From Bacilli bacterium (GTDB lineage Bacteria > Bacillota_I > Bacilli_A > RFN20 > CAG-826): DNA of 64,000 bases. Position 1 is the first letter of the stretch. Every line of letters starts with the position of its first letter. The DNA lies in NCBI GenBank assembly GCA_035361955.1, contig DAOSDC010000005.1:32987-96986 (forward strand), read 5' to 3'. The notes under the pieces were generated by a model that made no database searches, was not told where the DNA came from, and worked only from the letters and a program-made list of their open reading frames with translations. The position numbers and the translations under genes are program-made. Below are positions 10,245-18,963 of the stretch, one piece after another.

Positions 10245-10991
10245 TTGCTCGACCCGATCAGTTTCACAAAACTAAACGTCATTAATCTTGGACCAATGGT
10301 GTCAAAAGGCGGTTTCGCCTATAACAGCTATTTGTTCAAATCAATTGGAAAAACGTTTTTGATCGACATTCCCCACATTGCCTTAGGAGGCAATATCATT
10401 CCCGTCAATGGTTCCAGTGTCGATCGGGGCAAGATCGAAAAAAGCGGACTTGGAAAAAAGACGTTGGTCCGGTTTCAAACGCTGGAATATTTACGCGCCT
10501 TCACAAGTGGGCGCATCAGTTGGTCCGAACTTCGATCGTTATTAATCATCTCCGGCGCCTTTGGTATTTTTAAACGCGAAGAGTTATTGGATACCGGTGG
10601 CTATTTGACAGCGCTAGGCAAACTTAAAAAAGATACCGTCGGCGAAGACATGGAACTAGTCGTGCGCCTAACTTATCAAGCGCTTGTTAATAAACGATAT
10701 TACCGCGTTTCCTATGTGCATCACGCCAATTGCTATACCGAACTGCCGTCGGATTTGAAGAGTCTTCTCAAGCAACGCAACCGCTGGCAGCGTGGCTTAT
10801 TAGATATTTTGAGTTTGCACCGTCGCATCTTATTGCGACCTCAATATAAGCAACCGGGCATGCTTGGCTTCCCCTATTTCTTCTTTAATCTTGGGAGTAT
10901 ATTTTTGAAACTTTTGACCCTTTCTTGCCATAATAAAAACCTCCTACCAAGATTATATGGCAGAAGGTGTTTTTTATTTTGTGTGAACTAA
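10245..10991 (+). CDS. Truncated family-2 glycosyltransferase (C-terminal part only, with TED-like and Q(R)xRW motifs); probable gene remnant
   Basis: Contains VGEDMELVVRL and QRNRWQRG, hallmarks of processive GT2 synthases such as PgaC, BcsA or IcaA. It lacks the N-terminal DxD catalytic half, the C-terminal membrane region is abbreviated, and an AT-rich non-coding stretch lies upstream. Confidence 0.4.
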   Translation: MLDPISFTKLNVINLGPMVSKGGFAYNSYLFKSIGKTFLIDIPHIALGGNIIPVNGSSVDRGKIEKSGLGKKTLVRFQTLEYLRAFTSGRISWSELRSLLIISGAFGIFKREELLDTGGYLTALGKLKKDTVGEDMELVVRLTYQALVNKRYYRVSYVHHANCYTELPSDLKSLLKQRNRWQRGLLDILSLHRRILLRPQYKQPGMLGFPYFFFNLGSIFLKLLTLSCHNKNLLPRLYGRRCFLFCVN

Positions 10992-11051
10992 ATGGGGGTC
11001 AGTTCAATTGCGCGCCGTTTTCATTAATATGCATGTAAAACCGGCCTTGTT

Positions 11052-12341
11052 TCACGAAGGGTGGTACATTTCTCCGATGTCGCTACTGGATACAATGTAC
11101 TTGGCATATTTGGTCAAATAGCGTTTCGGAAGTTCGGCATCGACCGTAATCGTTTCCGGACCGTTATAGGCATGGAACACATAACCGTCTTCGTGAAGTG
11201 CACCGACGATGGCTTGCTCGTCATATGGTACCGACAAGACGACGGTTTGATAATATTGGTCCATCTCAACGCTGACATGCGCCAATAAACGCAAGACGCC
11301 GGATCCGGTTTTCGCAGATAAATCGAGTGTTTCCATCTCGAGTTTCACAATTGGGTTGCCGATGAGGTCCATCTTGTTGCGAACATAGATAACCGGCGTA
11401 TCACCGACTCCGATATCATACATCGCTTCCATCACGATGCGCGCATGCGTTTGTTGCTCATGGCTTGAGCCGTCGAGCACATGGACGATTAAATCGGCTT
11501 CGGTTATTTCTTCTAACGTCGAACGGAACGCGGCAATTAAATGTGCCGGCATATGCCTGACGAAACCGACTGTGTCAATCGCCACGAATTTGCGATTATT
11601 TGGTAATACAATCAAGCGTGAAGCCGTTTCCAATGTCGCGAATAGCTTGTCCTCTTGATAGACTTTTTTCTCTTCGGCTAATGCCCGTTTCGATTCATCG
11701 ACCATGCGATTGAGCAGTGTCGACTTACCAGCATTGGTGTATCCGACGATGGCCACGCTAAACACACCGGCGTCGATTCGTTTTTGTCGTTGCGTGCGTC
11801 GCTGGGTCACGAGTTTGGCCAAAGCGCGGCGGTCGCGCACGATGTTGTCGCGCAGTCGTCGACGTTCCAACTCTAACTTTTGTTCGCCTGGTCCCCCGAT
11901 TGTCGAGGTGGCCCCTCGTTGTCGCGATAGTTCGCGATATTTGCCGATGATGCGAGGCAGCATGTATTGGTCACGGGCCAACGATACTTGTAGTTTCGAT
12001 ACTTGCGAGTGTGCGCGGCTTTCAAATATTTCCAAAATGAGCATCGTCCGATCAAGTATTTTAATATCAAGCGCTTCTTCAAGATTGCGATAGTGAACCG
12101 GGGAAAGTTCTTGATCGAAGATGACCAAATCGGCGTTTAAAAGATCAACGCGCGCCTTGAGTTCATCGACCTTGCCTCGACCAATGTAAAAACTCGGTGT
12201 CGGCTTGTCACTTTTTTGTCGCATGACTTCAATCGTTTGGTAGCCGCAACTGGTTGCTAAATTTTCGAGTTCGAGCAGCGATTCTTCAAATTCGTGATCG
12301 CCAGGCAGTTCCAAGCCAAAGATAATTGCTTTGTTTTCCAT
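11052..12341 (-). CDS. hflX: GTPase HflX
   Basis: 429 aa. HflX N-domain (LNADLVIFDQELSPVHYRNLEEALDIKILDRTMLILEIF) plus a G-domain (GYTNAGKSTLLN, DTVGF, NKMD). Confidence 0.9.
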   Translation of the reverse strand: MENKAIIFGLELPGDHEFEESLLELENLATSCGYQTIEVMRQKSDKPTPSFYIGRGKVDELKARVDLLNADLVIFDQELSPVHYRNLEEALDIKILDRTMLILEIFESRAHSQVSKLQVSLARDQYMLPRIIGKYRELSRQRGATSTIGGPGEQKLELERRRLRDNIVRDRRALAKLVTQRRTQRQKRIDAGVFSVAIVGYTNAGKSTLLNRMVDESKRALAEEKKVYQEDKLFATLETASRLIVLPNNRKFVAIDTVGFVRHMPAHLIAAFRSTLEEITEADLIVHVLDGSSHEQQTHARIVMEAMYDIGVGDTPVIYVRNKMDLIGNPIVKLEMETLDLSAKTGSGVLRLLAHVSVEMDQYYQTVVLSVPYDEQAIVGALHEDGYVFHAYNGPETITVDAELPKRYLTKYAKYIVSSSDIGEMYHPS

Positions 12342-12391
12342 AATGTTATCCTAACATTAATTAAATAATTTAGACTTTGTTATTCGAATTA

Positions 12392-13057
12392 TTATTGTGT
12401 TTTATGCGGTTTAATCGTTTTAAACACAGCTAGCAGCGCTCGTAGACCAATGGCAATGACGGTCAATAACACCAACAAGATAATCATCCAATAAAAGACA
12501 CCGATGCCATTTGACGATATCGTGAACCAACCTAACGTTTCATAATCCATAAAGAAATAGGGAACTAGTGATTGCTCGGGTGGGAATTTAATGCCAAGTG
12601 CGATAAATGTCATGACAAACAAGAAATAAAATAACGCCGGAACATAAGCATAAGCCAACTCGGAATTTTTGACCTTGACGTCGTTTTCAAACAAGAATAA
12701 ATCGACAAGCGCGAATGATGGGGCGATGAAGTGAAGCATTACGCTCGTGACTGAGAAAGTCACGTCCAGTGGCAAAACGGGGGCTAAGATAATGCCAAAC
12801 ACCAACATCGTCAGTGTCACGGCAATCACCGATACGAACTTCAACAAGCGATGCCATGGTTTGATATAGCTATTACGATGCTTGATAACCCTAATTTCAT
12901 CAATTAGAAATATTGTTTGCACGATAATCATCCATAAATTGCTTTGTAGCGTGTAGTAGTATAGCGATCGGGGACTCTCGGCGGCTAAAATGCCAATCGA
13001 GGCAAAAACGATGAAGCCGACTTTTAACGTTAACGATATTTTGTGTCGCTTGTCCAT
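12392..13057 (-). CDS. Integral membrane protein (about 6 TM helices); possibly Pr6Pr/FAR-17a-like
   Basis: Hydrophobic profile and a YYTLQSNLW motif. No recognisable catalytic motif. Confidence 0.45.
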   Translation of the reverse strand: MDKRHKISLTLKVGFIVFASIGILAAESPRSLYYYTLQSNLWMIIVQTIFLIDEIRVIKHRNSYIKPWHRLLKFVSVIAVTLTMLVFGIILAPVLPLDVTFSVTSVMLHFIAPSFALVDLFLFENDVKVKNSELAYAYVPALFYFLFVMTFIALGIKFPPEQSLVPYFFMDYETLGWFTISSNGIGVFYWMIILLVLLTVIAIGLRALLAVFKTIKPHKTQ

Positions 13058-13070
13058 TGTTTGATACCTT

Positions 13071-13481
13071 TTAGAACGTTACCCATGGCGTGACGATTGC
13101 CACGAGGTCAACATACGATAATAGTAGATTAAAAATGGCTAACATCAGCACCCAAACGCCCAAAATAATGAACATGCGTGGCTGTTTGGCTTTAATCGTC
13201 ACAATAATATTACTCATGATTGATAAACCGGCGATTGGCAGGCTGACTGGCAAGATGCCATGGCCCCACACGTAAGCGATGGTCGCCGGCGGATTGGCGA
13301 TGCCGCCGCCTTCAATCGGAACATAGCCAAACGCCAACAATGTCACAAGCAGGATTGTGATAAATACCACCATCGCATAAATAACGGCCTGAAACAGCAC
13401 GTCATACAAATACGTCCCGAGCGGTTTGCCCGGGACGTAACGGATAGCTATCAGTTTTCTGAGCAGCGCTTTTATATCCAT
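13071..13481 (-). CDS. Small integral membrane protein (4 TM helices)
   Basis: 136 aa, strongly hydrophobic. Located 13 nt upstream of the next membrane protein. Confidence 0.45.
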   Translation of the reverse strand: MDIKALLRKLIAIRYVPGKPLGTYLYDVLFQAVIYAMVVFITILLVTLLAFGYVPIEGGGIANPPATIAYVWGHGILPVSLPIAGLSIMSNIIVTIKAKQPRMFIILGVWVLMLAIFNLLLSYVDLVAIVTPWVTF

Positions 13482-13520
13482 GGTGCAATCACCAATAATT
13501 AAAGCACATTCGCTCTTTGT

Positions 13521-13769
13521 TTAAACGCGTATATTGACAATCGTCCCATCGTGGGAATGAATGTTCACTAAATCGAAGTGCCCACTACGCCGCACGTACG
13601 CCCTAAGGGCGCGGACAATCGCGGGGGCGTTATCCCGCAGTGTTTTGAAATCAAACGCCGATTGATCACCCTGTTCCAACGCACGGTAGACGATGCGCCA
13701 CTTCAGCGCGCCAAGTGGCAACCAAAGGCGAATTTTCGGCCCGCCTTTGGGTAAAACTTTTATCGTCAT
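13521..13769 (-). CDS. Small protein homologous to the C-terminal domain of the adjacent XRE regulator
   Basis: IRLWLPLGALKWRIV..FDFKTLRD..GHFDLVNIHSHDGTIVNIRV aligns with VRILV..PVALVKIMV..IDFKQVLD..GKLVEVDSADGDHVEIVVE in the upstream protein. Its start overlaps that protein's stop. Confidence 0.5.
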   Translation of the reverse strand: MTIKVLPKGGPKIRLWLPLGALKWRIVYRALEQGDQSAFDFKTLRDNAPAIVRALRAYVRRSGHFDLVNIHSHDGTIVNIRV

Positions 13770-14257
13770 TACTCAACTACGATCTCGACGTGGTCGCCGT
13801 CGGCCGAGTCGACTTCGACCAACTTACCGATTACGCCTTGCTCGATTAAGTCGAGCACTTGTTTAAAGTCGATGTTCTTCAGCGTCTCATTGCCGTTAAT
13901 TTGCGGTAGCGCATTCGATTCGACCATAATCTTGACAAGCGCTACTGGTACGTTGACGCGCACCTTGTCGCCGTCTTTACTATTGACGAGGATACGCACG
14001 ACCATGTTCTTAATGTCTTTACGCTCCTCCTGTGGGACTAGTCGTGGCGTCTCTTTACTCTTGCCGACGAGTTCGTCGACCGTTACATCAAATAGGTCCG
14101 CGAGCGCGAGTAGTCCATCGATATCTGGATATGAGGCGTCGTTCTCCCATTTGGATACTGCTTGTGATGAAACGTGGAGTTTGTCAGCGACCTCCTCTTG
14201 TGTCATGCCTTTACTTTTTCTAATGCGGGCGAGGCGTGCCCCGAAGCTTTCTTTCAT
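13769..14257 (-). CDS. XRE-family HTH transcriptional regulator with a C-terminal domain of unknown function
   Basis: N-terminal HTH_3 (MTQEEVADKLHVSSQAVSKWENDASYPDIDGLLALADLFDVTVDELV). The C-terminal ~70 aa are homologous to the next ORF. Confidence 0.75.
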   Translation of the reverse strand: MKESFGARLARIRKSKGMTQEEVADKLHVSSQAVSKWENDASYPDIDGLLALADLFDVTVDELVGKSKETPRLVPQEERKDIKNMVVRILVNSKDGDKVRVNVPVALVKIMVESNALPQINGNETLKNIDFKQVLDLIEQGVIGKLVEVDSADGDHVEIVVE

Positions 14258-14409
14258 TTTATCGTTGCTCCTTTTTTCTGCCTAAATTGTAGGGTTCAAT
14301 CAATCAAATTATAAGCGACCAACGGTTGCAAATGCCGTTTTTTCTCTACTGTTAGTTGTATATACTATCAACCAAAAGTAGAAATAACCGTTTTTTGCCA
14401 TTTTTAGCC

Positions 14410-14447
14410 CAAAAACGAAAAGAAGGGGTGTCCCTTCTTCGTTTGTT
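14410..14447 (-). terminator. Putative rho-independent terminator after the DUF975-like gene
   Basis: On the minus strand: GAAGAAGGG-acac-CCCTTCTTTTC followed by GTTTTT. Confidence 0.4.
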
Positions 14448-14463
14448 AAAAATTAGGTGTTTA

Positions 14464-15060
14464 CTAGCGGATTTCTTTAATATCGACGACTTCGACTTTG
14501 CGCCGTTCGCGTAAGTCAAGGAAGAATTCATAATGGGCTAAATCCATTTTCGGCTTGACCCACAAGAACAGGATGCCCGCGGTCAAAATCGACAAGATAA
14601 TCCAGCCAAGATAACTCACGTCAAGACAAAATAATCGCCACTTGTGACCCCTCATCATCGCTTCGCTTTGCCGAAGTGCTTCGGAAGGATCGAGCTCTTT
14701 CTTTTCTTCAAGCAGGAAAAAAGCTAGTGCATAAGCATAATGTTTGATAATGCCGGGAATCAAAAATAACAGTGACCATAAAAATACGAATAGTTGTTGT
14801 AAAATCCAAAGCACTAACGCGGGGACAAAATTGTTGAACCCCTTAAATACGTCTTCAATTTCGGCTTTTTCACGTTTTGATAGCTTGATGATAAAAATCG
14901 TCAAACCAAGCGTGGCCGGTCCCGCTAAGATGAAGGCGCCGATACCCGTAGGCGTGGATATGCCCATAAGGGCAAAAAACAACAAATAGACGATGACGGT
15001 GTTGGTAATTTGGGCATTGGCCTTTTCATTGGCAATGCGCCGGAAATCTTTGGCTTTCAT
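14464..15060 (-). CDS. Integral membrane protein, DUF975-like
   Basis: 198 aa with 4-5 TM helices. N-terminal charged segment and overall pattern resemble DUF975 family proteins. Confidence 0.4.
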   Translation of the reverse strand: MKAKDFRRIANEKANAQITNTVIVYLLFFALMGISTPTGIGAFILAGPATLGLTIFIIKLSKREKAEIEDVFKGFNNFVPALVLWILQQLFVFLWSLLFLIPGIIKHYAYALAFFLLEEKKELDPSEALRQSEAMMRGHKWRLFCLDVSYLGWIILSILTAGILFLWVKPKMDLAHYEFFLDLRERRKVEVVDIKEIR

Positions 15061-15072
15061 GATTAGCTCCTT

Positions 15073-15402
15073 TTATATCTCGATATATACTTGTCCGGCT
15101 TCAACGGATGCTTTGAAAGTGCGCACCGATTGGGCGTCGCTATTGGGGACGAGAATTTTGGCCTTCGTGCTTGGTACGACCATTCCTGTCGTGACATCGA
15201 TTTTCAGGCCATGTTCCTTACACTGAATGATGCCGCCCTCAAGAACGCCGGGTGATAGCGGGGCTCCTTTATGCGGACACTTATCGTTGATGGCGTACAC
15301 TTTTTCGCCCACCAGTGCGATAAGAATCGGGCGCTCGTTGACCAAAACGCGCATTTTTCCTTTTTCTTTCAAGGCGCTCAAGGAACAGACTTTATGTTTC
15401 AT
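15073..15402 (-). CDS. Rieske [2Fe-2S] domain protein (NirD-like small ferredoxin)
   Basis: 109 aa with CPHKGAPLS...CKEHGLKIDVTTG, i.e. the CxH...CxxH Rieske ligand pattern. Confidence 0.7.
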   Translation of the reverse strand: MKHKVCSLSALKEKGKMRVLVNERPILIALVGEKVYAINDKCPHKGAPLSPGVLEGGIIQCKEHGLKIDVTTGMVVPSTKAKILVPNSDAQSVRTFKASVEAGQVYIEI

Positions 15403-15456
15403 CGATTTTTTACCTCGTTATTGAATATTCTAGCACGCACGAGCGTGAAAGAAAGA

Positions 15457-16638
15457 TTACTCGTCGCCGTATTTATCGAAATAGCCCTGGATATAAATCA
15501 CCGGTGTGCCTTTGTCGCCGCTGCCAGATACCAAATCACACAAGCTGCCAACAAGATCGGTAATGCGACGAGGCGTTGTTCCAAGCGCCTCATTGGCCGT
15601 CACCTCGCGATTAGCGTTTTCTTTGACATATCGTTTCATGGCCTTGCTGGCTTCGCTTGCGGACATATGGGCGAATTTCGTGTCCGATAAATACTTAAAT
15701 TTCAATTCATAGGGAACGCCAGATAGCCCTTTGGTGTAAAACGGGGCGACGACGGGGTCAGCCAGCTCCCAAATATGGCCGACGGGATCTTTGAAGGCGC
15801 CATCGCCATAAACGAGCACTTCGATGCGCTTGCCGTATTTGTCAAATAGTCGTTGTTGAATCCCGTCTACGAATGGTTGTCCGTTTCGCGGAAATAGTTT
15901 CAACACATTGTCGCTGGCAAAGTTTGACCCGAGCACGCCATAGGTTTCATTATATCCGCTTCCGTTAAGCGGTTGCGTCAATAAATCATCTAATCCTAAG
16001 ACGATTCGCGCACCCTTTTGTTTTAAGCGGCGTTTGGTCTTAAACCTTGAATGAATATCGGCAGCGATAACCGTATCGGTGTATTCGAGCACGGCTTCAG
16101 GACGATTCGAAAAGATGATTTCAACATTGTCGGCCACGTGATGGTAAATGTTTGGATAATCAATGCCGGTAAATGGATGCGTGAATGGCACATTTAATAG
16201 GTTTCTTAGTTCGTCTTCCTTGAATACGTCAACTAAAGGATTGATGTGATGCTGTTCAAGCAAATCGGCATCAAACAGTGCATTGCCAACTTCGTCTTGG
16301 GGATAAGAAAGCACGACGATAACGCGTTTTGCAGCTTGACTAATCGCTTTGAGAATACCCAAAAAACGATTGCGGCTCATAATCGGAAAAACGACGCCGA
16401 GCACTTCGCCACCGGTTTTGGTTTTGATGTCCTGACTAAGGGTGGCGCTTGTAGCGTAATTACCCTGGCTACGAGCCAGCACCGATTCGGTGATGCCGAT
16501 AATGCCGCCGTCTTTGGGAGAAAAACCTTCTTCGACGATGGCTTTATCTAATGAATCGATGACAATGTTGGCTAAATCGTCGCCTTGCTTGATGACAGGT
16601 AACCGCAATCCACGGGCGCAAACTCCAAAATGACGCAT
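15457..16638 (-). CDS. CofE-like F420-0:gamma-glutamyl ligase family protein (start revised to MRHFGV, 394 aa)
   Basis: LPVIKQGDDLANIVID...DGGIIGITESVLARSQG matches the PF01996 GDDL / KIVSKAEGR-type N-terminal pattern. An AAGGAG RBS lies 9 nt upstream of the internal ATG. The 5' extension in the ORF track has no support. Confidence 0.5.
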   Translation of the reverse strand: MRHFGVCARGLRLPVIKQGDDLANIVIDSLDKAIVEEGFSPKDGGIIGITESVLARSQGNYATSATLSQDIKTKTGGEVLGVVFPIMSRNRFLGILKAISQAAKRVIVVLSYPQDEVGNALFDADLLEQHHINPLVDVFKEDELRNLLNVPFTHPFTGIDYPNIYHHVADNVEIIFSNRPEAVLEYTDTVIAADIHSRFKTKRRLKQKGARIVLGLDDLLTQPLNGSGYNETYGVLGSNFASDNVLKLFPRNGQPFVDGIQQRLFDKYGKRIEVLVYGDGAFKDPVGHIWELADPVVAPFYTKGLSGVPYELKFKYLSDTKFAHMSASEASKAMKRYVKENANREVTANEALGTTPRRITDLVGSLCDLVSGSGDKGTPVIYIQGYFDKYGDE

Positions 16639-16791
16639 GGTATTTCTCCTTGTTTGATACAATTCCATAACCATTATAAAGAAACTTGACCATCGGAAAA
16701 GCGGATTCAAAAAACTTTCCGCTGAAAAGCGCTTTCTCTCACTTATAATGTATATGGACATACGAACCCACACCATCATAAGGAGTCACCT

Positions 16792-17874
16792 ATGCGCATT
16801 GAAGCTGACGTAAAACTCGATTTTTCTGATGTGTTGATTCGACCGAAACGGTCGGAACTCAAAAGTCGTAAAGACGTTGACTTAAACCGAAAGTTCAAAT
16901 TCAAGTACGCCAAATTCGAATGGACGGGTATCCCCATTATGGCCTCGAACATGGATGGCGTTGGGACGATTGAAATGGCGCTAGCGCTACAAGAATACGG
17001 CATGTTCACAACGCTAGTGAAATGCTATGAAGTCGAAGATTTCGAACCATATATCGATCGTTTGAATCCCGATCGTTTTGCGATTAGCACGGGCACGAGC
17101 GACCATGACTTCCATCGCCTTACCACCATTATCAAACAATATCCACAAATTAAATTCATTTGCATCGACGTCGCCAATGGCTATTCCGAACATTTCGGCA
17201 GTTACGTCTCGAAGATTCGAAAAGAATTTCCGAATCACGCGATTATCGCCGGCAACGTCGTCACCGGCGACATGGCCCAAGAGTTAATATTGCGCGGTGC
17301 CGACATCATCAAAATCGGAATTGGGCCCGGCAGCGTATGCACGACCAGACTTCAAACTGGCGTTGGTTATCCACAGCTTTCCGCTGTCATCGAATGCGCC
17401 GATGCCGCTCATGGCTTAGGCGCCCACATTATTAGCGACGGGGGCTGCGCCACGCCCGGAGATATTGCCAAGGCGCTGGGAGCAGGTGCCGATTTCGTGA
17501 TGCTTGGAGGCATGTTCGCAGGACACGAAGAAGGCAAGGGCGATATTTTTGAAGAACACGTCATTTCTGATCTGGTCGATCCGAATACGGGTAAACAAAT
17601 CGTTGAAGTTCGGAAACTCGTGCAATTTTACGGCATGAGTTCGGAAACGGCGATGAAGAAAAAATTCAATGAAGTTTATGATTATCGGACGGCTGAAGGT
17701 GGCACCGTATATGTTCCCTACAAAGGGCGTGTCGATAAAACGATTAAAGACATTCTCGGTGGCTTGCGCTCGACTTGTACTTATGTGGGTGCCCCAACGT
17801 TAAAACAATTATCAAGATGCACGACGTTTGTGATTGTCCATCGTATCTCTAACGACGTATTTATTAAGCGCTGA
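16792..17874 (+). CDS. guaC: GMP reductase
   Basis: N-terminus [45 protein letters not shown] is near-identical in pattern to E. coli GuaC. AAGGAG RBS present. Confidence 0.9.
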   Translation: MRIEADVKLDFSDVLIRPKRSELKSRKDVDLNRKFKFKYAKFEWTGIPIMASNMDGVGTIEMALALQEYGMFTTLVKCYEVEDFEPYIDRLNPDRFAISTGTSDHDFHRLTTIIKQYPQIKFICIDVANGYSEHFGSYVSKIRKEFPNHAIIAGNVVTGDMAQELILRGADIIKIGIGPGSVCTTRLQTGVGYPQLSAVIECADAAHGLGAHIISDGGCATPGDIAKALGAGADFVMLGGMFAGHEEGKGDIFEEHVISDLVDPNTGKQIVEVRKLVQFYGMSSETAMKKKFNEVYDYRTAEGGTVYVPYKGRVDKTIKDILGGLRSTCTYVGAPTLKQLSRCTTFVIVHRISNDVFIKR

Positions 17875-18217
17875 CGCTTACTTTCATTTCGATGTTCGTC
17901 TTATCGCCGCTTAACCGCAAGCGGTAATTTCCATCATACAATGTCATGGTTTTCTTCATCGGTTCGATCGTGTCGATTAAGGTGATAATTTCATCTTTGT
18001 TAACGGCAAACAGCATGATTGCCCCATCGATTTTGGTAATGTCGATCGTGACGATTTTGCGGTCACTAACCTTAATACGACCAATCGTGACCATACCGGA
18101 AAATAGATGCGTCCTGACATGGATGACGCCTCGAAGTTTGTGGCACATAAACATCCACGCGCTTCGATAGTTGACGATGCTTTTGATTCTTTTTTCATCG
18201 ATGAAAAACTTACTCAT
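17864..18217 (-). CDS. Hypothetical protein (117 aa)
   Basis: ORF with no clear motif. Divergent from the kinase/EF-G pair. Confidence 0.35.
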   Translation of the reverse strand: MSKFFIDEKRIKSIVNYRSAWMFMCHKLRGVIHVRTHLFSGMVTIGRIKVSDRKIVTIDITKIDGAIMLFAVNKDEIITLIDTIEPMKKTMTLYDGNYRLRLSGDKTNIEMKVSVSA

Positions 18218-18388
18218 GCTTTTATCTTACTCTGAACATGAAGTTTTTGAATAGGAATCAGTGCCAACCAATCTAATTAAGTAAGCGCTTTTACGATATG
18301 TAGCCAAGTATGGTAATAAACATTATTTTTTTACATATATCGTGATAAAATATAACAAATAATAAGAAAAGGAAGATTATATGATAAT

Positions 18389-18946
18389 ATGTCCCGCATT
18401 ATTGTAATCGCAGGCGATTTGGCATCCGGCAAATCGACCTTGGCGAAAAATCTCTCGGATCATTTCAAAATTCCTTATTTCACGAAGGAAGGCATCAAGG
18501 AACTTCTTAGTGAAGAGATTGAGTTCTCAGACCGGAGTGAGAACAAGAAACTCTCAAACTCCGCCCTCAAAATATTAATTCACATCCTTGACCGCGTCAC
18601 CAAAGTTCATGGCGATGTCATCCTCGAAGCCAACTTCCACTCGGAAGAATTAGAAAAAATCAAACGCGAATGCGAACTCCATCACACGGAAGTAACCTTA
18701 CTGTATTTAACCGGGGATATCGATGTGCTCTATGAGCGCTTCATGTACCGCGAATACTACCAAAACCGTCACCCGGTCCATCTGACCCATCCGCTCCAAG
18801 ATGTTGATGAATTTGAAAACTACGTCATGAAATGGCGCAACGAACCCGAAGTATTGCCGCGCCACTACATCGATGTTACCAATTGCGACCGCGAAGTCAT
18901 CTTCGCGAAAGCGCTCGAAACCTTAAAACAACTCGAACAAAAATAA
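18389..18946 (+). CDS. P-loop NTPase/kinase (AAA_33/CPT/TmrB-like small kinase)
   Basis: Walker A IVIAGDLASGKSTLAKNL. 185 aa. A paralog lies at 61568..62131 with a shared R-x-P-x-RHPVH block. The stop is 17 nt before the EF-G-like gene. Confidence 0.6.
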   Translation: MSRIIVIAGDLASGKSTLAKNLSDHFKIPYFTKEGIKELLSEEIEFSDRSENKKLSNSALKILIHILDRVTKVHGDVILEANFHSEELEKIKRECELHHTEVTLLYLTGDIDVLYERFMYREYYQNRHPVHLTHPLQDVDEFENYVMKWRNEPEVLPRHYIDVTNCDREVIFAKALETLKQLEQK

Positions 18947-18963
18947 TGAGAGGACATTGATAT

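Noticed and set aside
16639-16779. 47-codon 5' extension of the CofE-like ORF
   Set aside because: An AAGGAG RBS precedes the internal ATG, and the extension is hydrophobic or low-complexity sequence over the divergent guaC promoter.
17864-18217. Possible PilZ c-di-GMP receptor
   Set aside because: I looked for the RxxxR and D/NxSxxG PilZ motifs because of the many GGDEF/EAL genes. Only weak partial matches (EKRIKS, DITKIDG) were found, not enough to call.
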